DNA from: Lama glama
Taxonomy: Eukaryota
Direction of reading: 5' to 3'
Assembly (NCBI GenBank): GCA_028534125.1
Contig: CM052817.1
Coordinates: 31,250,001 to 31,314,000, forward strand
Length of the DNA stretch: 64,000 nucleotides
The notes beneath the pieces were generated by a model that did not search any database, was not told the DNA's origin, and saw nothing but the letters and a program-made list of their open reading frames with translations. Below, piece after piece: positions 16,304 to 26,082 of the stretch. A program made the position numbers and the translations under genes. Numbering within the stretch: the first letter of the stretch is position 1; each line of letters starts with the position of its first letter.

Positions 16304-16769
16304 AATTGTCATTCTTGTGACAAATGGAACAACACGTAAGGGTGTATGTGGGAGAGAAGTCTCCCTCTCTCACGTTAGAGTTCCTGCTGTAAAACTGGGA
16401 AAACCATCAGCCCTAAAGCTCACTGCAAAGGAAAAAGAAGGACACACTAAGCAAAAATCATCAGGGCTAAGGGGAGAATTTCTAAGGATTTTGTGACTAA
16501 TACACACTTGTTGGCTGACTTATAACAGATTACATTATAATTTATTATGTAATTATATACCTTATATAAATTATGAATAGCCATTTACCATTCAACAAAT
16601 GCCCTGGCACACACAACAGAATCGGTTCAGCTCTACAAAACCACTCTTAAGAGAGAAAGAAGCCAAGGGAGATGCTGGACAGAAAAACTCTTATCATCCA
16701 AGAGTCTCGTGAAATTATCCCTCCAGCAAAAGAAAGCGCTAGAACCGTCTGAGAGGTCACCCCTCAGTG

Positions 16770-16950
16770 GAGATGTTCTGTCTACACTGTCTAATATAGT
16801 AGCTACTGGTCACGTGTGATTGATTATTGAGCACTGGAACTATGACTAGTAAGACTGAAAAACTGAATTTTGTATTTGATTTAATTTTACGTACTTTAAA
16901 TAACCACATGTGGCCAGCAGCTACTGTATCGGAGAGCATAGCTCTAGAAA
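16770..16950. mobile_element. MER3-like hAT MITE (related copies at ~29215-29450 and ~60840-61050)
   Basis: gatgttctgtctacactgtctaatatagtagctactggtcacgtgtg...aaataaccacatgtggccagcagctac. Confidence 0.7.
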
Positions 16951-19292
16951 TCACAGAAGGTTGGCAGTGGAGAAAAACTCGAGAGCCTGTTAAATCTGAG
17001 ATGGGACCAGCTCCACTTTTAAAGGCTAGAACCAGAGATTTGAATTTGGCTTTGACACCAAAATCCATACTCAACCCACCAAGGCCCGCCATCTACAACA
17101 CCTTCTATTATTGTGATATCTTCCACGCCCACTCTCTCAGGTAGGAAAGTCCAGACTTTCTCTGAATCAGAGCCTGAAACACAAACATATGTGTGCACAT
17201 GTGTGTACACGTGTGTCCGAGTAGATTTTGTGGAACAGGTAAGTCTGAGGGTTACCTGAGTGCTTAGTGTGGATCTAGTATTCCAGACGAATCAGTATCC
17301 TTTAAACAACCGGACCCATTTTCCACTTAATCAGGCAAGAACAGGATGTATGAATGCATGCGTGTTGACTAACTTTTAAGGCCAAAGGGGCATGTTAAAT
17401 AAACCTTTCTTCCTTGGACACATTCAGCAAAAGCTCTATATCCCAGCTTTCTTGGTCCTCAGGGAGCTCACATTTCCCAGGCCGTCAAGACACTCCGAAA
17501 CCTTCAGACCACAGGGTGGCTGGAGGTAAGGGAAAGAGGGAAACTGAGCAATAGGGCATCTCATTAACGGGATGGAGATTTGAAAATACCAATTTCAGAG
17601 GACGATGCTAACTCTGGAAATACTGAGCTGCTCAGCTTCTCCCCCAATCTCCTGTTTGCCCCCAACAGTGAAGAAGGGCAAGCGAGGGACTTGTGGGGTG
17701 ATAGAGCCAGCAAGTGCTGAAATCCAGGGGAACCATGGTGGGAAACGTGGCTCTTCCAGAACAGAACCATAGCTGGCTTGTGGCAGAGGCACTGATGCTT
17801 GCTGTGCTGTCGGATTAAGATTTCTGCACCATCAGGAGGAAGGTTTCTGATGGGATTAGTTTTGTATCTTTTTTAAAAGTTTCACTATGCCTGGAATTAT
17901 ACTTGATGAGATTAATAAAGCAATTCTTATTTGTCTCTTTAACCTCCTGGAAGGTGAACTGAGTACTGTACTCCTATCCTGCAAGGAGCTGTCTGGGAAG
18001 AACTCCTTTTCCCTAAATAAAGCTTTAGGGCATTGTGAGGTTTTGAGATTTATGTGATTCCACACTCAAGTAACTCTAAAAATTGAGCCCAGTACTCACA
18101 TATGTCTACGCAGACAGCTAGTCTATCCTCTCAATCCCCAGAAGCCTGGCTTTGGGGACTGGTTTTTAGTGTAATTTCACACAACAGAACAACTGATACA
18201 GACAAGCTGGTGAATGTTGTGACAAAAACCGATTTTGTAACTTTTAAAAAATGCATTGTTTCTTCTCAATCTCTCCAGGTTATGCCCCAAATTAATGTTT
18301 TATGATATGTTTAATTTCAACACTTTCAGCTATAATGTGCGTCTTTGGAAAATGATCACCAGTAAGTTCTGGCTTCGCTCCCTTTCTGGGAGTAGTAGGC
18401 ATTCCTCTGCAGATTTGCTTGCATCAATAAATTACTTTTAAAAGAGAGAGAGACTTACAAACTACAAATGTGCACAGAGAAGTTGTCGTAGTCTTACTCA
18501 AGAGTGAGTCCGTCTTTGTAGTGCATTGTTCTCAGAAGCTTCCCGCGGGAGGAAAGCTTCACTTTATGAATGGCTGGGACAGCTTCCCTGGGAATGCTCA
18601 GCCGGCCGCTTTCCTGATAAGCTCGGAGCTCGGAGCGCGCAGGGCTCGGTCAGGGATGACAAGCAGCGCAAAAAGCGCCTTACACTGCCATCCACCGGCC
18701 CTAAGCCGGTGGCATCCGGAGTGGGGCGCCCGCCAAAGGAGCTGGGAGAACGTCCCAGCAGGATCCGACACACCACCACCTTCCTCCCACCCGCGCAGCC
18801 CTCCGCCCCCCACCAAAGAGCGGGCACTGGTGCCCGGACACCGAGCAGCCGGGACCGCGCAGCAGCGAATGGATTCCTGGGCCCTCCTGACACACAAGAA
18901 GAAGGGCAGCGCAAACGAGACGTGGTCCCTGAGGGCTCAGGACCGTGAGGACCGTCCGTGGTGCTCTTCCCTACCTTTCCTCTCCCAAACCAGGGGCGAC
19001 GCAGTCGCTTCACAAGACAAGGTCCGAGCCCGCCAAAGCCGGAGCAGCTCGAACCTGCGCCCCCCGGCGGCCGGCGCCAGGTGTGCCAGGGTGAGGGTAA
19101 GCCTCAGACACAAAGTTTGCGCGCAGGGGACGCAGGAGTTGCCAGCACCCTACAAATGGGACCGGTTCGGCGATGCCCACGCTCAGAGGGTCCAGTGATA
19201 ACCGGCACCACAGGTGGCAGGGGAACCGAGCGCGGGTCGGGCTCAAGGAGAGACGGAGACCCAGGCGCGCGCCTTTGGTAAAGGAGGCTTAC

Positions 19293-19565
19293 GACTGGGG
19301 CAGGCAAGGCTGCGCGATCCTTCCAGATGCCGGGCTTCCGCGACGCTGGCGCAGAGAAGCCGTGGACCCCCAAGGGGCAGGTTGCGTCGGCTCCTGTAGC
19401 CTCCTCAGGCACCCGGGCGCCCCCGAGTCCCCTTGACGCGTGGGGGGCGCCGGGTGGAAGAGGGACAGTGAGGACGCTTCTCCAAGGGCCGTGGCAACGC
19501 CCCTGGCAAGGAGAGCTTGGTCTCCGCACCGACCCGACAACTGCTTTCAAAGAAACCCTACCCAC
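19293..19565 (-). CDS. CORIN: putative CORIN alternative first exon 1a (rodent-type long cytoplasmic tail), GTG at the Met1 position
   Basis: VGRVSLKAVVGSVRRPSSPCQGRCH...GLGGARVPEEATG...PLGVHGF...PGIWKDRAALPAPV|gtaagc is colinear with recalled mouse MGRVSFSVRVSSVRRARCSCPGRCY...GLGCAGVPGETAG...PLGTRGF...PGSWKDCFGAPPAPD; phase-0 donor at the homologous position. Homology is likely; coding status is uncertain. Confidence 0.6.
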
Positions 19566-19797
19566 GACCCTGGGAGGGTTCTGGACGCTGAGAGACCCGG
19601 ATGGAGGACCGTGCGCCCGGGAACTGGTTGCGGGGTGCTGAGCGCGGGGCTGGGAAAGATGAAGCTCACCGACGGCGCGGAAAGAAGGTGGCACGGGGGG
19701 GAGGGGAGTGCGGGGCAGGAGGGTTTGACCCTGAATTCATCTGGACTGAGAGGTCTTCCGACCTGTTTGACTGCGGAGCGCAGTTCGTGGATCTTAC

Positions 19798-19869
19798 CCG
19801 CTCCGGGGCCCTGGCTGGGCGGTAGCGCTCTTCCGGAGCAAGGGCAGGGGGCCGTTTCGTGGAGAACAT
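19798..19869 (-). CDS. CORIN: CORIN exon 1 coding part (cytoplasmic tail of the pro-ANP-converting type II transmembrane serine protease)
   Basis: gacATG TTC TCC ACG AAA CGG...GAG CGG|gtaaga = MFSTKRPPALAPEERYRPARAPER, recognisably homologous to recalled human MKQSPALAPEER(C/Y)RRAGSPKP; phase-0 donor; known position downstream of NFXL1. Confidence 0.9.
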
Positions 19870-19955
19870 GTCTCCCTTTTTCCTCTGTCCACTCTTATCT
19901 TGGTCGCTTTTCTCTCCTGTACGTGCCCCTGGGAGAGGCACTACAGATACCTTGC
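19870..19955 (-). other. CORIN: CORIN 5' UTR (transcription start approximate)
   Basis: gtagtgcctctcccaggggcacgtacaggagagaaaagcgaccaagataagagtggacag resembles the recalled human CORIN mRNA 5' end; no upstream ATG in this stretch. Confidence 0.7.
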
Positions 19956-21302
19956 TCCTCGCTCAGTAAGAGACAAGTTGAACTTCAAGCGACAGGGGCC
20001 CCACATTTTGTCAGTTCGACAGATCCCACCCGCGGACCACTCCCTCCCCTCCCCCGCGTCTCTGGGTCCCACCCATAAAACCCCTTAATGACAGATACTC
20101 CGCAGCCCCACCTCTTTGCTTTCAAAGAAGTTATTTTTCTGGGGCAGACGGGAAGCCAAGCGGACTGCTAGTGCTCCACCCCGTGCCCACCTCCAAACTT
20201 AGACCCCGCGACGGCAGCACTGAAAGGATGAGACCAGAATGTGTGGGCTGTGGCAAACAGGAATTGGGAGCAAAGGAGTTACTTCTCGGCTCTCCGAAAT
20301 CTCACCACATCCTACTTTACTATCTTTTGGCGAGACCGTCGCCAAATAAAATGAAAATAACTGTAGGCACTGGCAGTTAAAGGCCAAGTTTGTTATCTCA
20401 ACGAAAATTTTCGTTCCTAGGGCGAACATGATTTTCATTAAGCAAATGTAAATTTGCTTTCTGTTACGTGTTTAGTGAAGAAACTGCGTTCCAAGACTGC
20501 CGAAGACTTTGCTGAGGCTGCAGGGAGCCGGGAGAACCCGAGCCCGCTTGCATAAACCTAGCAAGCGGTTTGCTGCGGAGGGCACCCACAGGCTGGACCT
20601 TGCGGGCCAGCAACTCGGGGTCTATCATTCATCAGCGTCAAGGAGGGCACTGAAGGTATTTACAACGGTAAACACTACCCAAGATAGTAGTCATAGGTTT
20701 GGCAGAAGAAAAAAAAACATTGTTTTTCTTAGAATTTTTTTTATCCAACTTCAGTCAAAATCTAATGACAATTTCAAAAATTGCTCATGAGGTTACCGAA
20801 TAAATCTATCTCCATTATTCTGGAGGAGGCAATGCACAATTACCAAAGATATGTATCTGTTCCTTGAATATTAGAGCTGGGGGTGTAACTTGTAAAATTT
20901 GGGAGTGGGGATCAGTATTTTGTTTTTGAAGTGAAATGAGAAAGTAGAAAATATTGCAAGTGCATGGTACAATAATTGAAGTAGGGAGTTGAAGTAACCA
21001 GCTTGAGTTTACACAGCCAGCAAGTGCTGAGTTGGGATTCTGCAGAGGCAGTGTTATTTCAGGACTGTGTTCTTCTGAGATACTGCCCCATCACAGGTCA
21101 TCACCGCAGGGACACCAGTCTGAAAATCAGGAGTCCAGGCAATTTGCCCACTAGCTCTACCTTGAGCAAATCCCCTAGGGTTTCCAGGCCAGTGAACTTG
21201 GTCTATAAAATAAGCATTGGAGTCAATCCTCAAAAGTTTCTACAGGCTTTCTGAAGCCACATATGAATGTGGCACTACTTCACCTCCTTTCCCTTCCACT
21301 TT

Positions 21303-21316
21303 CTGCCCTCTGGTGG
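21303..21316 (-). promoter_or_regulatory. CTCF core motif CCACCAGAGGGCAG
   Basis: + strand ctgccctctggtgg; matches the CCASYAGRKGGCRS consensus. Confidence 0.65.
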
Positions 21317-21586
21317 AGAGTGCTAGAGAAACTGTGGAATTAAAGTAGCGAAATCAATGAATTTGAGATAGTCAGAGTAGGTCAGGCTCCTCTCTTCCAG
21401 AGAACTGTTCTTCCGAGAACTAAAGCTGACTGCATTGATAGTGTAAAAAAGCATTCTTTAAACTTCCTATTAGCAAGAAAACCCAACCAGTTCTAGTTAC
21501 CAGTGGTACCTGAGTAAATACTTGAGGTATTCTTTGCATGAGGATAAACAGCTATTTTTATATTCTTTGTAACAAACCTCTGTAAT

Positions 21587-21633
21587 GTAAGAAATCATAA
21601 AAAAGTAAGAAATCATAAAAAAAGAAATCATAA
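21587..21633 (+). repeat. 18-bp tandem repeat, ~2.6 copies
   Basis: gtaagaaatcataaaaaa twice, then agaaatcataa. Confidence 0.9.
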
Positions 21634-22792
21634 TTTGAATATGCAGAGGTCTCACAGTAATCTTCAATGACCTATTTGAATTATTCCTTTAAAAAAAATC
21701 GCTACACTTGCTTTTCAACTTAAAGAAACAATCATCATATACTTTCTTAAAATACTTTTCATTTTATAAAAAGAAACAGTTATGGCCTTTCGAAAGGCAG
21801 AGCCTTTAAAATAAATAAATAAATAAACAAATAAAAATATTTAAAAAATGAAGCAAGAAACAGGCAAACTGAACCTGCGGCAGGGATAGAGTTTATTTAA
21901 ATTAAAAGGAGACAACAACATACCCGGAAGTGATACAGTCCAGCACACTGAAACATTCTGTATATAAAAGTAGCCCAAGCAGACATTCTGTTTGCCGTAT
22001 TTATTTCTGGGGCATCAATCCCTTACTCAACACACCAGAGTGGTCACTGGGAAGAAGGTAATGAGAACTGGCCCATGAACAGTTGCAGAGGAATTTTATT
22101 TCTAGCACCTTGACATACCTAAGTGCCAGTTTCTCCCACCACCGGGATCCCATGCTGCCATTTGACTGTCCAAATCCTGCCTGGTCTTGCTAGGGATAGT
22201 ACCCCCTCAAGGACCACGACCACATGAGCAAATACTGAGGTGCCTCAGTTCACAATATTTTTTTCTGACTTGTGAATCAATTTGCAAGAGAAGTTAGGAC
22301 ATTTTTAAGTCACATTATCTGTATTATTATAGCTAAGAATTTCTAAGCACTGTCAGGCACTTTACAAAGTGTCATGTATATTTTCTCAGTTTTTAGTTCT
22401 TAAACTTAAGTTTCTTCTGTTGTAAAATGAGAATAGCCCCACCTCACAGGTTGTCATGGGAATTAAATAAACATATAAAGGATTTTAAATAGCCACAGAC
22501 ACATAATCTTGGCTAACACTTATTGGACACTTGCTATTATCTCTTCTTCTTTCTCTTTTACAGATAAGGAGAAACCTGAGTCTCACAGAAGTTAAATAAT
22601 TACCCAAGATCTCACAACTAGAAAAGGGCAGAACCCGAATTAAAGCCCAAACAATCTGGAACTAGACTGACCTCTTAACCTATACCTTCAATAGTACAAT
22701 TATTAAGACAGTAATGAAAAATGCCCCCAAAGTTTACGGCCTAGAATTACTGTGAATTCACTCATTCACCCGTCAAATGTTTACCGAGCACT

Positions 22793-23230
22793 GCAGTGGA
22801 TTGAATAGTGTACCCCGCCAAAATTAATGTCCACCTGGAACTAAAAAATATAACCTTCCTTGTTTGGAAATAGGGTCTTTGTAGAGGTAACCAGGTAAAA
22901 TTTAATTATCCTGGAATAGGGTGGGCCCTAAATAGTGTTCTTCGAAGAGACAGAAAAAGATACACAGACATGGAAAAGAAGGCCGTGTGGAGATGGAGGC
23001 GACATCGGAGTGATGTGTCTACGAACTGAGAAGTGCCAAGGAGAGACACCCAGCACCAGAAGCTAGGAGAGGCAGGGAGTGGTCTCTCTGAGTCTCCAGA
23101 AGGAACCAACCCTACTGATACTTTGATTTTTGACTTCTGGCCTCCTGAACTGTGAGAGGATAAATTTCTGTTGCTTCAAGCCCCTCTGTTTGTGATCATT
23201 TGACATGGCAGCCCTAAGAAACCAATACCA
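22793..23230 (+). mobile_element. MLT1 (MaLR) solo LTR
   Basis: ggattgaatagtgtacccc...ggaaatagggtctttg...gacttctggcctcctgaactgtgagaggataaatttctgttg...gcagccctaagaaaccaatac. Confidence 0.85.
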
Positions 23231-23689
23231 GCATCTGCTACGTGGCTGGAGTCACAGCAGTAAACAAAACCACACCCCTGCCCACACAGAGCTTAGCTTG
23301 CCTTCTGGTGAAGGAGACAGACAATAAACACGTGTAGAATACAATGACACGTGCTGTGCAGGGCTATGAGGAAAAATACATACGAAGCTAGAGAATGGCT
23401 AGGTGAGGGTGAGGAGGGTAGTCAGGGAATGTCTCTCTAGAGGGGTTTTAACTCAAATGAATCTGGACTGTGGAATTCCAGGCTACATTAGACAATATTT
23501 AATTTCATTTGACCTTAAAGAGCGTATTTTTTTCCTCTGTTCTCTTGTACTCACCGCACAGCAGTCATGGCAGCACCTCAGGCCACTCCTTCAGGGCCGT
23601 GGGGAGCCGTGGGAACAGAGGCCGAACCCCAGTGTGAATCCCAGCACCACCAGTACCCCTGGCCAGGGCTGCCTCCCAACTCACCTCCT

Positions 23690-24305
23690 TCTCTGCTCTG
23701 ACCCTGGCCTCCTTACAGACTTTCCTCCACACAGCAGCTAGGAGACAGTTATCTTAAAAGAACAATAACCAACAGCTATTCTCCACTTAAAACCTTCCAC
23801 TGCTGCCCACTGCAACTCGAAGAAAATCCCAAGTGCGTACCCTGTCTATCAGGCGCCCTATGAACCGGCCCTAGACCGCGCCTCCCTGTCACTCATGAAG
23901 CTCCAGCCGCGCCAGCCCTCCTGTCGGTCCCGCCGCCCTGCCAAGCATCTCCCACCTCAGTGAGTCTGTGCTTGCAGCTTTCTCTCCCTCACAGACTTTT
24001 CCCTCAGATTTTCAAGTCACGGTCACTCAGGTCACAGCTCAAATGACCCCATCTCAGAGGGACTTTCCCAAGTAAAGTAGCTAGTGCCTTTTCACCCTCC
24101 TCCTTCATCACTTTCTGTAATATTTCTCTCATTTTAATACCACTTATCATACGTGATATCATGTTCGTTTTATTGTGTATCTATTTCCTGCCTGCTTTCC
24201 TCCACTCCTTAGCAGCTCCCCGAGAGAAAGGATCACCATCATCTCCAGGAGGTAGAAAGTTCCATCCTGCAGCAAAGGCATCTGTTGACTGAATAAATGA
24301 ATGAA
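23690..24305 (+). mobile_element. LINE-2 3' end
   Basis: ccacttaaaaccttccactg...gctcaaatgaccccatctcagagg...tgttgactgaataaatgaatgaa tail. Confidence 0.65.
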
Positions 24306-24949
24306 CGGTTGTGTGACTTTGGGTTAATTAATTAAGCTCCAAGCTACTAGCCAGCAAAACAGCAAACTGCTTAACTGTCATTCCCTCAGTCGCCTTCCTC
24401 TGCTCACTAAATTCTTCTGCACAAATCAGAAAGAAAACTTAGCAAGAACAGAAGTCCAACAAGCAGACATGAACTAGGCTTCAGGTTTGTTTATTAGGCC
24501 AAGACTGAAATACATTAAAAGAGCTACCCCACTTGGACACCTAAACATTCATATTCTTTAATATTCATTTTATGGTAGAGTAAGGTAAGGACTTGAGGGT
24601 AACAGCTCTAATTTAGAGCTTCTGAACTGGGCTGAAACACCAACCCAGGAACTCTAACATTGAGAAAGGTAAAAAAAGAAATCTAAAATTAAAACAAAAG
24701 TACCATAAAGAAAGGGCTGACTGCCCTTCCACTTTAGACACCAGCTAATACTTAATTAAGGAGCATAACATTAAACAAACTAAGTCAGTAAAAATTTTAA
24801 AATCCTTCTTTGTACGTCTGTTTAAAACATACTTCTACCCTTTTTAGTGCCTATCAACTACCATGTTTTACACCAAGCATTAGAGTTTCACACACTGATA
24901 AAATTATAGGCTCCTGAATATTTTAAATAGTAAATATTCTAGATTAAAA

Positions 24950-25908
24950 ATTTGGTATGAAAAAATTTAATGAAAACATTAATTATACAAAAATTAAATA
25001 GCAAAATCATTTAAAATGACTTACAATTGAAACATATTTGGCTGGCTTACTGATATTTCTCTATCAGCTTGTTTTCATAAGAACTATTTCCAGCTGGAAA
25101 AAAAAAATCTATAGGATCACAGTAAGAAGAAATGAAAATGAAGTACATAAAGCTATTCATAAGCCCTGTGCTCAGTATATATTGCTCATAAATATTAGTT
25201 TTTTTTTATTACTTTGAAAAAACACAAACAAGTTTTACAAAACATTCCAACTTCAGTTAAAAGCTTCTTACACAAGAAATAGCCATATGTGAGAAATCTA
25301 GCTTGGCATTTTTTGAAAGCAATTATTTTTTCCTCTGAGGAACATATTACATAAAATTGTATTTCTATAACTGATAAAAATTCCTAATAAACCAATTTCC
25401 GGACTCTAATTATGTAGCTTTGTGTTACAATTTAAGAGGTCTTTTAGAGAATTTTTTTTTTAAAGTACGACGTTACATGATCAAGAAAAGTACCTATTAA
25501 TAAGTAACCAAAACATTGTGAAATATTCCTCTTACTGCACATATGGCTCGGTTTCATATTAATTTTGCCAAAAAAAAAAAGATGTTGGTTTAAAACAGTA
25601 AATGAAACAGTTATGTTAATACAGGGAAGCGCAATGAACAACTAACATGTCAGCCTGTCACTGGCTATGCCTTACGAAATACGTTACAATTTCAGTCATG
25701 CTTTTACTATTAAACAAAGTTATATTGCCACTTCTAGTATGCTGATTAAGGTAAACTTAAACATCCTATCCCTCTAACAGCAACTTGAAGAGAAATACAG
25801 AGATGAATGTGAATATATATCACGTTCTATAACATCCACTTTCTAATATTCCAAATTTAACAATTTCTCTAAATCTAATCTGAGGTATAGTAACAGATCA
25901 AAAATTTT
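24950..25908 (-). other. NFXL1: NFXL1 3' UTR (3' end approximate)
   Basis: AT-rich segment with no recognised repeat after the stop; candidate poly(A) hexamers on the minus strand: AATAAA 25205-25210 and ATTAAA 24966-24971. Confidence 0.6.
24966..24971 (-). terminator. candidate NFXL1 polyadenylation signal ATTAAA
   Basis: tttaat on + strand, followed by T-rich sequence on the minus strand; alternatives are AATAAA at 25205-25210 and 24490-24495. Confidence 0.45.
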
Positions 25909-26082
25909 TTAATCCCCATCATGGGCTATGCACCACGCAAACACTAACACCACAACTGCACAGACTGGAAGGAGATAGTATTTATATTTTTGCCATAGCG
26001 TTAGCTCAACTGCCACTTCATCTCTCTTTCTGTTCTTCTTCCGACGACCCTTCAGTCTGTTTTCAAAAGCCTCTAGTTCAGC
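25909..26082 (-). CDS. NFXL1: NFXL1 last coding exon: basic patch, C-terminal transmembrane helix, TAA stop
   Basis: ttag|GCT...GAT TAA; 174 nt; [57 protein letters not shown]. Confidence 0.96.
   Translation of the reverse strand, partial: AELEAFENRLKGRRKKNRKRDEVAVELTLWQKYKYYLLPVCAVVVLVFAWCIAHDGD

Larger units (their letters stand above)
18540..20620. promoter_or_regulatory. CpG island / CORIN promoter region
   Basis: Abrupt GC- and CpG-rich block in an AT-rich background, containing both first exons; WGATAR sites at 18615-18620, 19895-19900, 20320-20325 and 20393-20398. Confidence 0.85.

Noticed and set aside
19205..19220. Second CTCF site (caccacaggtggcag)
   Set aside because: Only the 3' half matches; likely chance in GC-rich DNA
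18470..20088. Many overlapping 100-240 aa ORFs on both strands (e.g. 18470-19198 +, 19440-20078 +)
   Set aside because: Stop-poor CpG-island sequence, mostly non-ATG starts, Pro/Arg/Gly-rich with no recognisable domain; only the two CORIN-homologous minus-strand frames were kept
21587..21633. CRISPR-like repeat array
   Set aside because: Head-to-tail tandem repeat without spacers in eukaryotic DNA
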